The notes beneath the pieces were generated by a model, which saw only the letters and a list, made by a program, of their open reading frames with translations, had not been told where the DNA came from and searched no databases. A stretch of 32,000 bases of DNA, taken from NCBI GenBank assembly GCA_035390665.1, contig DAOOUC010000003.1, forward strand, positions 60,001 to 92,000, read 5' to 3'. Shown one piece after another: positions 18,088-26,603 of the stretch. Position numbers and translations under genes: made by a program. This DNA is from an archaeon (GTDB lineage: Archaea > Iainarchaeota > Iainarchaeia > Iainarchaeales > CSSED10-239). Numbering within the stretch: position 1 is the stretch's first letter; every line of letters starts with the position of its first letter.

Positions 18088-19551
18088 CTAATAACTTTTT
18101 GCAGCATAAACATATTCTCTTGCTTTATTACCACAGATTATACATTGTTCATCATGCTCTGGAGTTTCTTCAATATCCATTCTTGTTCCTCTAATCTCTG
18201 CACCATCTGTTTCTGCCTTTAAGTGATCGAAGCATTCTTTTCCATCTGGATCTATTGAACAGAAAGGAATTCTTACAAGTTTTCCTTTTGCTATTGCTTC
18301 TAATAATTCTTCTTTTGTGCTTGCTATCGCTAATTTTTGTTCAAAATCATCATCTGCTTGACTTCTTAGATTATCTGTAAACTCATTTGCAATCTTTGCG
18401 ATTTCATCAAAAAGTTCTGTAAACAAAACTGTTTGTTTAGTATTTAGGTCTCTTCTAAACAAAGTAACTTGAGAATTTTCCATATCTTTTGGACCTACCT
18501 CTATCCTTAATGGCACTCCTTTCATCTCATAGAACGAAAACCTTTCTTTTGGTTTCTTTTCTCTATTGTCATCAATCTTTACTCTATAACCAAGTTTATC
18601 TAAATCGCTTGCAAAATCAACACAAAGTTTTTCTAGAAGTTCTATATCTTGTCCTGAGAAATACAAAGGAACTATGATTATCTGTATTGGAGAAACTTCA
18701 AAAGGTAATCTTAAACCGTTCTTGTCTCCGTGAACTCCAATTAATCCACCATATATTCTTGTAATTCCTGGACCATAACAAGTACCGTATGGTATTTTTG
18801 TTTCTTCGTCTTTATCTCTAAACCTTACATTAAATGTTTTTGTAAACTTTTGACCTAAAAGATGAGTTGTTGCAAGTTGACATGCTTTTCCATTTGGCAT
18901 CATTGTGTCTGCTGCAAAAGTGTCTTCTGCCCCTGCAAATTTATCCCATTGTGGGCGTTTAAAGAAAATAAATGGTATTCCTAGTTCTAAATGAAGCATC
19001 TCTTCTGTTATGTGCATATCTTGAATAACTTGAGCATAGGAATCATCATAATTCTCAAAAATATTATGTGTTTCAAACCAATAAAATTCTCTGCCTCTAA
19101 AGAAAGGTTTTGTTTGCTTTGTATCATATCTAAAAACATTTGCTCTTTGATAGGTTTTAATTGGTAAGTCTCTGTAACTTTCTAACCAATATGCAAACAT
19201 GTAATAAAATGCAGTTTCACTTGTTGGACGTAATGCATATCTTTGGTCAAATTTTTCATTGCCGTGTTCTGTTACCCAAAAAACCTCTGGAGAAAAACCT
19301 TCAACATGTTCTGATTCTTTGAAAAAATTTTCTTCAGGTATTAATAATGGCATCATTACTTGTTGATGACCTGTATCATCAAAAGCATCTTCAAAAATTC
19401 TAAATATCTTGTTAAGAGTAAAAGTTGACCATGGTCTATAAACAACTACTCCTTTGATATTATATCTTAGATCAGCTAGTTCTGCTTTTTGAGTGATATC
19501 TGTCAACCATTCATTAAAATCTTCAATTTCATATTCTTTGTTTGATACCAT
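18088..19551 (-). CDS. proS: Prolyl-tRNA synthetase, archaeal/eukaryotic type
   Basis: 'PLLIPEENFFKESEHVEGFSPEVFWVTEHG', 'LRPTSETAFYYMFAYWLESYRDLPIKTYQRANVFRY', 'PFFRGREFYWFETHNIFE', C-terminal 'CIICGNKAREYVYAAKSY'. Confidence 0.95.
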   Translation of the reverse strand: MVSNKEYEIEDFNEWLTDITQKAELADLRYNIKGVVVYRPWSTFTLNKIFRIFEDAFDDTGHQQVMMPLLIPEENFFKESEHVEGFSPEVFWVTEHGNEKFDQRYALRPTSETAFYYMFAYWLESYRDLPIKTYQRANVFRYDTKQTKPFFRGREFYWFETHNIFENYDDSYAQVIQDMHITEEMLHLELGIPFIFFKRPQWDKFAGAEDTFAADTMMPNGKACQLATTHLLGQKFTKTFNVRFRDKDEETKIPYGTCYGPGITRIYGGLIGVHGDKNGLRLPFEVSPIQIIIVPLYFSGQDIELLEKLCVDFASDLDKLGYRVKIDDNREKKPKERFSFYEMKGVPLRIEVGPKDMENSQVTLFRRDLNTKQTVLFTELFDEIAKIANEFTDNLRSQADDDFEQKLAIASTKEELLEAIAKGKLVRIPFCSIDPDGKECFDHLKAETDGAEIRGTRMDIEETPEHDEQCIICGNKAREYVYAAKSY

Positions 19552-19611
19552 ATTTATTCACATTTATAACTAATATATATTATATAACAAATATTAAAAA
19601 ACAAAACTGTT

Positions 19612-20247
19612 TTAGAAAGGAACCTTATTTTCTAGAACTCTTTGAATTATTTCATCATATTCGTGCATTATTTTTCTGGTTTTTATACTTCCAGATAAAG
19701 ACTTTCTTAATTGCACAATATTGTTTGTTAGTTTTATAAGTAATTCTGCTTTTTGATAATATTCTATGTTCTTTGTTTTAAGATATTGACTTATCTTGTT
19801 TATATTATCAATAATTTTTTTTTGAGGCCCGTTAAGTACTGGCTTTCTTGAAAATAACAAAAGAGCATTTGAAAAATCATTTGCTAATAAAGAAGTATTA
19901 TCAATTAAATCTTTATTTTCAACAAGTATTTTTAATCCTAACTTCAAACTTTTTATTTCAGATTTTATAGATAGGGCTCTTCTATTTTGATATTCATTTC
20001 TTGGATCAAAATTTCTTGGAATACATTTTTCTAAATCAGAAATCTTTGTATAAATTCTTTCTAAAGCCAACCCTATTTTTTGTCTAGCATCTTGGTTTTT
20101 TCTATCAATTTGTGCTCTTCTAATTTCTAAAACTTTTGATTCTTTTTTCTTCTGTTTCTCTATTCTGTCCCAAATCTCTAGTTGTTTAGAATTAGTTCTT
20201 CTTTTTGGGTTTGGATTCTTTGGAATTTTTGAAATGAGAATCACCAT
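19612..20247 (-). CDS. Hypothetical protein rich in charged/coiled-coil-like helices
   Basis: ORF 'MVILISKIPKNPNPKRRTNSKQLEIWDRIEKQKKKESKVLEIRRAQIDRK...'; Lys/Glu/Arg-rich; tucked between tRNA-Pro and proS on the same strand. Confidence 0.6.
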   Translation of the reverse strand: MVILISKIPKNPNPKRRTNSKQLEIWDRIEKQKKKESKVLEIRRAQIDRKNQDARQKIGLALERIYTKISDLEKCIPRNFDPRNEYQNRRALSIKSEIKSLKLGLKILVENKDLIDNTSLLANDFSNALLLFSRKPVLNGPQKKIIDNINKISQYLKTKNIEYYQKAELLIKLTNNIVQLRKSLSGSIKTRKIMHEYDEIIQRVLENKVPF

Positions 20248-20258
20248 TTTTTAAAAAG

Positions 20259-20332
20259 TGAGGCTGCCCCGATTTGAACGGGGGTCGAAAGCTCCCAAAG
20301 CTCTCATGATAACCAAGCTACACTACAGCCCC
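20259..20332 (-). tRNA. tRNA-Pro(UGG)
   Basis: Minus strand GGGGCTG...AGAGC-TTTGGGA-GCTTT...CCCCGTTCAAATCGGGG...CAGCCTC-A; anticodon TGG. Confidence 0.93.
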
Positions 20333-20435
20333 TTTAAAATAGATTAAATAATATATAATATATTATAGATAATATTTAAAAAGAAAACTATTTAATTATT
20401 TACTAAAATTTGTGTCTTGTAATTATATTTATTAT

Positions 20436-21217
20436 TTAATTAAATAAATCTCCTTCACAATTAGAATATAAAAAACTATCTTTGGTTGTATCTATCTCAA
20501 TAATTCCTTCTTTTGTTTTTTCAAAATCAGAAAAAAACATAGCGACTTGTTCTTCATTAAAATAACAGGTAGATTCTGCACCTAAAAGAAATGAATATGA
20601 ATCATTTATCTTTTTTAATTTTTCATTTATTTCTTCATCACTTGGATAATTATATTCCGATTCATCATATGAATTAAAATAAATTAGAACTTTCTTATAA
20701 TCTTCTTCCGGGGTTTTAGAAAAATACATTTTTGTTTGGGTTATACGTACTTGACACCCTTCTTCTGTTAATCCTATTATTGAATATGATTGAATTGAAT
20801 TTCCTGTCAGTATTGGGTCAAATATAAATGGAGTCTCAGTTTCTATCTGAAAATTATTGGGCACACAATTTTTTAAAGATTCTAAATAATTTTTCATCTG
20901 CAAAAGATAATTGTCGTTTAATAGCGGATTTTTATTTTCTAAATCTTGATTTTTAATTTCTGAATTATTTGTTGTGGAACCATTAGTCTCAGAAATATTT
21001 TCTAAATCTTGATTTACAATTCTATTTTTATTTTCTGTTTCTTCTAATTGGTCATCAGAAAATTCATCAAAATCTGTAATTTCATAATTATTTTCTCGTG
21101 AAGGATTAACCCATTTATTAATATTGTAAAAACCAAAAAATACTAATCCTGCGATAATTAAATAAAGAAAGAAAGTACTAAATTTGGTTTATTATTATAA
21201 TTTCTTGATTCTGACAT
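20436..21217 (-). CDS. Hypothetical single-TM protein, apparently one gene broken by a 1-nt frame change near the N-terminus (ORF track shows only 20436-20903)
   Basis: ATG at 21217-21215 reads MSESRNYNNKPNLVLSFFI*. The main frame reads ...TKFSTFFLYLIIAGLVFFGFYNINKWVNPSRENNYEITDFDEFSDDQLEETENKNRIVNQDLENISETNGSTTNNSEIKNQDLENKNPLLNDNYLLQMKNYLESLKN... straight into the listed ORF. Total 782 nt = 260 codons + 2 nt. Confidence 0.6.
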
Positions 21218-21250
21218 AATTACTCATTTAATTTAATAATAATAAACTAT

Positions 21251-22342
21251 TTAATTATATTCTTTACTCCACTCATTCCACTTTGTTTTAAAGTAATCAT
21301 AGTATTGCATAGATAAATTCTTGTCTTTAATAATTAAAAGAGACTCATCGTTATTGTTAATGCCATTTAATGAAAAATTCATAGAGCCTGTGATTAAAGT
21401 TTCTTCATCAATTACACAAAATTTATTGTGTAGTAGATTTGGCTGATTGTCTAAAATCACATCTATTCCATTCGCCTTTAATTTTTGATATTCTGAATAT
21501 TGAGTTATTTGCTGATTTTCTAAAATTAATCTTATTTCTATTCCATTCTCTTTAGCTTTAATTAATTCTTCTGCTAAATTATCTAAAGTAAAACTATACA
21601 TCATACAAACTATGCTTTTTTTTGCTTCCTTTACTTTGTCAAGAACAGATGATTCACAAAATTGATTTGGACAAAAATATATTGAGAAATCAGAAGAAAT
21701 ATCTTGCCCTAGAACTGTTGACTCTTTTGAAAATTTTCCAAGATAGAAAGAATTTATTTTTTCGGTTAAGGTGTTTGCTAGTTTTGGATTATCAAAAACC
21801 ATGATGTTATTGTAACTTTCAGAAAAACTGTTTTCGGTAAAATTTGTTGAACCAATCAACACCACAGAATCATCAAAAACACAAAATTTGTTATGCATAT
21901 AGCTTGATTCTGATGTAGAAATTAAAACATTAATTCCATAAGATTTAAGATTTCCGACTTGTGATGTTTTTGTTGAACTTCTGCCATTATCTGTTACTAT
22001 TCTTATTTTATTTCCTTTTTCTTTTTCTGAAATTAAAGAATCTGCTATTTCTTTTGAAGTAATATCATAAACAGCACAATCAATTGAATTATTTGAATCA
22101 ATTATTAAAGAAATAATTTTTTCATTACAATTATCTTCTGGACAAAAATAGATTGTTGAGTTTAAATCATTTGGCCATAATTCTTCGCTCGTTTGTCCAA
22201 GATTTAGCGAGTTTGAGCCGGTTTCGCTCGGTTCGCGCGCAGTGGTTGATTCATTTCGGAAATCTAAAAAAACAATAATCAAGAAAACAAAAATAATTAG
22301 AAAAATCAAAATTAAAAGGAAATAAAATTGTTTTTTTGTCAT
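21251..22342 (-). CDS. Membrane-anchored phospholipase D-like protein with two HKD-type half domains
   Basis: N-terminal TM 'FYFLLILIFLIIFVFLIIVFL'; two PLD motifs 'MHNKFCVFDDSVVLIGSTNFTENS' and 'LHNKFCVIDEETLITGSMNFSLNG'. Confidence 0.93.
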   Translation of the reverse strand: MTKKQFYFLLILIFLIIFVFLIIVFLDFRNESTTAREPSETGSNSLNLGQTSEELWPNDLNSTIYFCPEDNCNEKIISLIIDSNNSIDCAVYDITSKEIADSLISEKEKGNKIRIVTDNGRSSTKTSQVGNLKSYGINVLISTSESSYMHNKFCVFDDSVVLIGSTNFTENSFSESYNNIMVFDNPKLANTLTEKINSFYLGKFSKESTVLGQDISSDFSIYFCPNQFCESSVLDKVKEAKKSIVCMMYSFTLDNLAEELIKAKENGIEIRLILENQQITQYSEYQKLKANGIDVILDNQPNLLHNKFCVIDEETLITGSMNFSLNGINNNDESLLIIKDKNLSMQYYDYFKTKWNEWSKEYN

Positions 22343-22344
22343 GA

Positions 22345-24096
22345 TTATTCTAGAATCGCTTTTATTCTTCTAATTCCTGCTGCAACTGATTCTTCTTTTG
22401 TTATCTTAAAGTGCCCCATCTCTCTGGTATTTTCAACATGAGGACCCATACAAATTTCTTTGCTATAATTGCCAACAGAGTAGACAAAAACAACTTCTGG
22501 ATATTTTGTTCCAAACTCTGCTTGTGCTCCACTTTCTTTTGCCTTTTCAAAAGGCATTGATTCTTTTGTTACTGGAAGACTTTGAGATATTATTTTGTTT
22601 ACTTCTGTTTCTAAAGCATTGATTTCTTCCTCAGTTAGCTTTCTATCAAAATTAAAATCAAATCTTAGTCTCTCTGAAGTTATATTACTGCCTTTTTGTT
22701 TTATGTCTTTACTTATTATGTTTCTTAATGCTTGATTTAAGATGTGCGTTGCTGTATGGTATCTTTTTGTGATATCTGTGTGCTCTGCAAGACCACCTTT
22801 AAATTTTTGTTCTGCACCAACACGAGAAAGTTCTTGATGTTTTCTTTCTTCGTCTTTAAATCCGCTCATATCTACTACTATTTGCTTTTCTTTTGCAATT
22901 TCAGATATCATTTCTATTGGAAAGCCATATGATTGATAAAGAAGGAATGCGTCTTTTCCTGAAATTTCTTTTGATTTTTCTGCAAATTTATTAAATTCTT
23001 TTAAACCATTAATCAATGCTGTTGAGAATTTATTTTCTTCTTTTTCTAATTCTGTTAATATGAAATTTCTTTTTGTTTCAAGATTTGGATATTCGTCTTT
23101 GTAAAGTTCTATTATTTTTTTTGCAACACTTGAACAAAAATTTTCTTCAATTCCTATTTGTTTACCAAATTTTATTGATCTTCTTATAAATCTTCTTAGG
23201 ATATATCCTTGGTCAGTGTTACTTGGAATAACACCTTTTGGATCTCCAAGAATAAAGGTTGAAACTCTTAAGTGATCGGTTATAATCTTTATTGCTTTAA
23301 CGTTTTTCTTGTCTTTTGCAAGTCCTTCTACAAAATCATAAATGTTTTTTATTTTCCCAACTTTAAAAGCATCATCTAAACCATTTAATATCATTGTAAC
23401 TCTTTCTGTCCCTAGACCAGTATCAATATTTTTTTGCTTTAATGGCTCATATTTCCCTTCTTTTGTTTTATTATATTCCATTAAAACATTATTCCATATT
23501 TCTACCCAGGTATCATCCTCTGGATCAAATATTTTTGGAGCAGGCCTAGAGTTATCTTTCCAATAGAATATTTCTGTGTCTGGTCCACAAGGTCCAGAAG
23601 TTCCTGCTGGTCCCCACCAGTTGTCTTCAATTGCTGCTATTCTTTCAATTGGTAAACCTTGCTCTAACCAACAATTGATTGCTTCTTGATCTTTTGGAAT
23701 ATCTTTATTACCAGAAAAAACTGTTGCAGCAATTCTATTTTTATCTAGGCCCAACCATTGTTTACTTGTAAGAAATTCATAAGAATAAGCAATTGATTCT
23801 TTTTTGAAATAATCGCCAAGAGACCAATTTCCAAGCATTTCAAACATTGAAAAATGTGTAGCATCTCCAACTTCATCAATATCTGTTGTTCTAATACATA
23901 ATTGATAATCAACAAGTCTTTTACCAAGAGGATGAGGTTGACCTAAAAGGAAAGGAACTAACGGATGCATTCCTGCTGTTGTAAAAAGAACAGTATTATC
24001 ATTCTCTGGTATTAAAGATGCTTGCTCTATAACGGCATGTCCTTTACTTTTAAAGAAATCTAAGTATTTTTTCTTAAGTTCAATTGTTGTTATCAT
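22345..24096 (-). CDS. alaS: Alanyl-tRNA synthetase, short form ending after the editing domain
   Basis: 'FFKSKGHAVIEQASLIPENDNTVLFTTAGMHPLVPFL', 'EIWNNVLMEYNKTKEG', 'NIDTGLGTERVT', editing domain 'HTATHILNQALRNII', 'EICMGPHVENTREMGHFKITKEESVAAGIRRIKAI'. Confidence 0.95.
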   Translation of the reverse strand: MITTIELKKKYLDFFKSKGHAVIEQASLIPENDNTVLFTTAGMHPLVPFLLGQPHPLGKRLVDYQLCIRTTDIDEVGDATHFSMFEMLGNWSLGDYFKKESIAYSYEFLTSKQWLGLDKNRIAATVFSGNKDIPKDQEAINCWLEQGLPIERIAAIEDNWWGPAGTSGPCGPDTEIFYWKDNSRPAPKIFDPEDDTWVEIWNNVLMEYNKTKEGKYEPLKQKNIDTGLGTERVTMILNGLDDAFKVGKIKNIYDFVEGLAKDKKNVKAIKIITDHLRVSTFILGDPKGVIPSNTDQGYILRRFIRRSIKFGKQIGIEENFCSSVAKKIIELYKDEYPNLETKRNFILTELEKEENKFSTALINGLKEFNKFAEKSKEISGKDAFLLYQSYGFPIEMISEIAKEKQIVVDMSGFKDEERKHQELSRVGAEQKFKGGLAEHTDITKRYHTATHILNQALRNIISKDIKQKGSNITSERLRFDFNFDRKLTEEEINALETEVNKIISQSLPVTKESMPFEKAKESGAQAEFGTKYPEVVFVYSVGNYSKEICMGPHVENTREMGHFKITKEESVAAGIRRIKAILE

Positions 24097-24165
24097 GTTT
24101 TTCTCTCTTTAATATTATATTTGAGTGTAGAAATAATTTAAAATAGTAATCTTGACTACATTTCC

Positions 24166-25110
24166 TTACTTTGTGGTCACCTTTAGCTTTTTCTTTAATG
24201 ATTTGTATTCTTTTACTAAAAGTTCTATTGTTGGTCTAATATTTTGAGCGTTTTCATATTCTTGAAGTGCTTTGTAATATTCTTGTCTTTTCTCAAAAGT
24301 AATATCCACTGGTGGCAGTTTATTTTTTATTAGAATATTGTTTAAAAGGATTCTTCCAACTCTTCCATTACCATCTTGAAAAGGATGAATATTTTCAAAT
24401 TGATTATGAATAACAGTTGCAAGAAGAACTGGTGGATATTTATTTTTATATTTATTATACCAAACAACTAATTCTTCTAAAAGCTCAATTATTTTTTCTG
24501 AAGGTGCACCTCTATGTACGATAACTCCTAATCCATTACTTACAACTACTTCAACCCCTCTAGGCCTTGTTAAACCCGCAAAAGGTTTAGAATTTTTAAA
24601 AACAATTCTGTGTATTTCTTTAATTAGTTCTACAGAAATGTGTTCTTTTGTTTTTCTTATGTAATCAATTGCTTCTTTAACACCTTGAGCTTCTGAAATA
24701 TCTTCTTTGCTTTTTTCTTTTGGCCATTTATTATTTTCAAGAATATCTTTTACTTCTTTTTTATCTAATTCTGAGCCTTCAATTGCATTAGTATTATATG
24801 TAAAATTTTCTGTAAATTGCAACCATTGTTCTTCAGATAAATGAAATATATTTATTTCGTTTTGAAGTTCTTTAATCTTTTCTATTTCTTCTTCTGATAA
24901 TATATTCTTTAAAGGATCTTTTATTTTTCTTAAAGTTGCTATCTTATATTCTATCTTTTCTTTTGCAGGTTCTTTTAGTGATTGTATTTTTGCTTTATTT
25001 AGATTATAACCAAGATATTCTCTAAACTTCTTTACTTTTGTTCCTTCTCTGTACGATTGAACAAGGTAATATTTCTTTCCAGAATCTGTTTTTCTTTCTT
25101 CTATAAACAT
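24166..25110 (-). CDS. Fic family protein (putative AMPylase), with N-terminal inhibitory-like motif
   Basis: Fic core 'HPFQDGNGRVGRILLNNILI'; 'TYNTNAIEGSELD' contains TxxxEG, the class II inhibitory motif pattern; 'RPRGVEVVV'. Confidence 0.93.
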   Translation of the reverse strand: MFIEERKTDSGKKYYLVQSYREGTKVKKFREYLGYNLNKAKIQSLKEPAKEKIEYKIATLRKIKDPLKNILSEEEIEKIKELQNEINIFHLSEEQWLQFTENFTYNTNAIEGSELDKKEVKDILENNKWPKEKSKEDISEAQGVKEAIDYIRKTKEHISVELIKEIHRIVFKNSKPFAGLTRPRGVEVVVSNGLGVIVHRGAPSEKIIELLEELVVWYNKYKNKYPPVLLATVIHNQFENIHPFQDGNGRVGRILLNNILIKNKLPPVDITFEKRQEYYKALQEYENAQNIRPTIELLVKEYKSLKKKLKVTTK

Positions 25111-25177
25111 ATATATAACTAGGGTGGCTACATTTTATAAATATATTGTTTTATTTGGCTACAATTTAACGAGAAGT

Positions 25178-26470
25178 TTAAAGTTTAACTTTGTCAATAT
25201 CTACTAGTTCTTCAATTCCAGTCTTTAGATTTCTTATCTTTATCTTGTTTTGTTTTATCTCGTCTTCTCCAAGAAAACCAACATAAGGAATTCCAAGCTT
25301 GTCTGCATACTCTATATTCTTAGATACGGCTCTGTCTAAAAGATCAACTTGCACCTTTAGGCCCCTTTTTCTAAGCTCTTGTGTTACTTTAATTGCTTCG
25401 TTCTTTGTTTTTATTGGAATGACAAGTAAGTCAGTAACTGTTTGCCTTATTGTTCCATCTCTTTTAAGAATAATGTCCATAATTGGCTCTATTCCAAAAG
25501 AAAGGCCTGTTGCTGGAAAGTTTTGATTCTCATTACCAATGTATTTTCCAATCATCTTATCCCATCGTCCACCACCAGCAATGGAGCCACCCATTATTGT
25601 TTGGTCTTTTAAGAAAACTTCATATATTGGGCCAGTGTAGTAACCAAGACCTCTTGCTAGGCTTGGGGAGAATTCAACTTCCACAGAAAAATCTTTTAGA
25701 TAATTAAGAAGTTCTTCAATCTCTTTTAGGCCTTCTGTTTCTCCTAAGATTTTCTTTAAAGATTTTAGTTTATCTGCATTTGTTCCTTTTTCAATCTCTG
25801 TTAGAAGAGATAAAAGTTTGTCTGTATTTTCTTTAGGTATTTGTTTTTCAAGAAGTTCTTCTTTAACTCCAATAATACCAATTTTCTTTAGTTTGTCTAT
25901 AGAAATGATTACTGGTGTTGCTTTTGCTTCTTCAATTCCTGAGTATCTTATAATTTCAGTTAAAAGTTTTCTATCGTTTATTTCAATTATGACATCAAGA
26001 TTTAGTTTCTTAAAAACATCTCTAACAACTGCTAGATTTTCTGCATCTGCTAAAACTGATGGCACTCCAACAACATCTATATCACATTGATAAAATTCTC
26101 TATATCTTCCTGCTTTGATTGGCCCGTCTCTAAAAACAGTTCCAATTTGATATCTTTTGAAAGGAAGTTTAAGTTGTGGGTTTTGTCCAACAAATCGTGC
26201 AAGAGCAAAAGTAAATTCATAACGTAAACCGAGATCTCTGTTACCTTGATCTTTAAATCTATATATTTCAGATATTGCATCAGAGTTTTCTCCGGCCCCA
26301 AACTTTGCTTCAAGTATCTCTAGCTTTTCAAAGGTTGGTGTTTCTAAAGGAGAATAACCATAGATTTCAAATATTTCTTTAATATCTGAGATAACTTTAT
26401 CTCTAATAATTTTTTCACTTGGAGGAAAATCTCTTGTTCCTCTTGCTGGTTCAAGTATAAGTTTTGCCAT
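25178..26470 (-). CDS. hisS: Histidyl-tRNA synthetase
   Basis: 'GTRDFPPSEK', 'LGLRYEFTFALARFVGQN', 'FQIGTVFRDGPIKAGRYREFYQCDIDVVG', 'SLARGLGYYTGPIYEV', 'GGRWDKMIGKYIG'. Confidence 0.97.
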   Translation of the reverse strand: MAKLILEPARGTRDFPPSEKIIRDKVISDIKEIFEIYGYSPLETPTFEKLEILEAKFGAGENSDAISEIYRFKDQGNRDLGLRYEFTFALARFVGQNPQLKLPFKRYQIGTVFRDGPIKAGRYREFYQCDIDVVGVPSVLADAENLAVVRDVFKKLNLDVIIEINDRKLLTEIIRYSGIEEAKATPVIISIDKLKKIGIIGVKEELLEKQIPKENTDKLLSLLTEIEKGTNADKLKSLKKILGETEGLKEIEELLNYLKDFSVEVEFSPSLARGLGYYTGPIYEVFLKDQTIMGGSIAGGGRWDKMIGKYIGNENQNFPATGLSFGIEPIMDIILKRDGTIRQTVTDLLVIPIKTKNEAIKVTQELRKRGLKVQVDLLDRAVSKNIEYADKLGIPYVGFLGEDEIKQNKIKIRNLKTGIEELVDIDKVKL

Positions 26471-26518
26471 AATTTTTCACTTTTTACATATTATTTAACT
26501 ATAGAAATATATTTAAAA

Positions 26519-26591
26519 GGTCTATGCCGGGATTCGAACTCGGGCCCAAAGCTCCACAGGCATTGATGCTAACCACTACACTACATAGACC
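26519..26591 (-). tRNA. tRNA-His(GUG) with encoded G-1 opposite C73
   Basis: Minus strand G-GTCTATG...CTGTGGA...GTTCGAATCCCGG-CATAGAC-C; anticodon GTG; G-1:C73 pair characteristic of tRNA-His. Confidence 0.93.
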
Positions 26592-26603
26592 ATTAAAAGA
26601 TTG

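Noticed and set aside
19542-19739. + strand ORF 65 aa in the proS upstream region
   Set aside because: Overlaps the starts/ends of two supported minus-strand genes and has no recognisable features.
24166-25110. Fic as the toxin of a classical toxin-antitoxin pair
   Set aside because: No small FicA/antitoxin-like ORF lies adjacent, and the inhibitory TxxxEG motif is inside the same protein.
26077-26313. Minus-strand 78-aa ORF inside hisS, and 23745-23927 inside alaS, 4030-4272 opposite the FeS domain
   Set aside because: Alternative frames or antisense of clear coding sequence.
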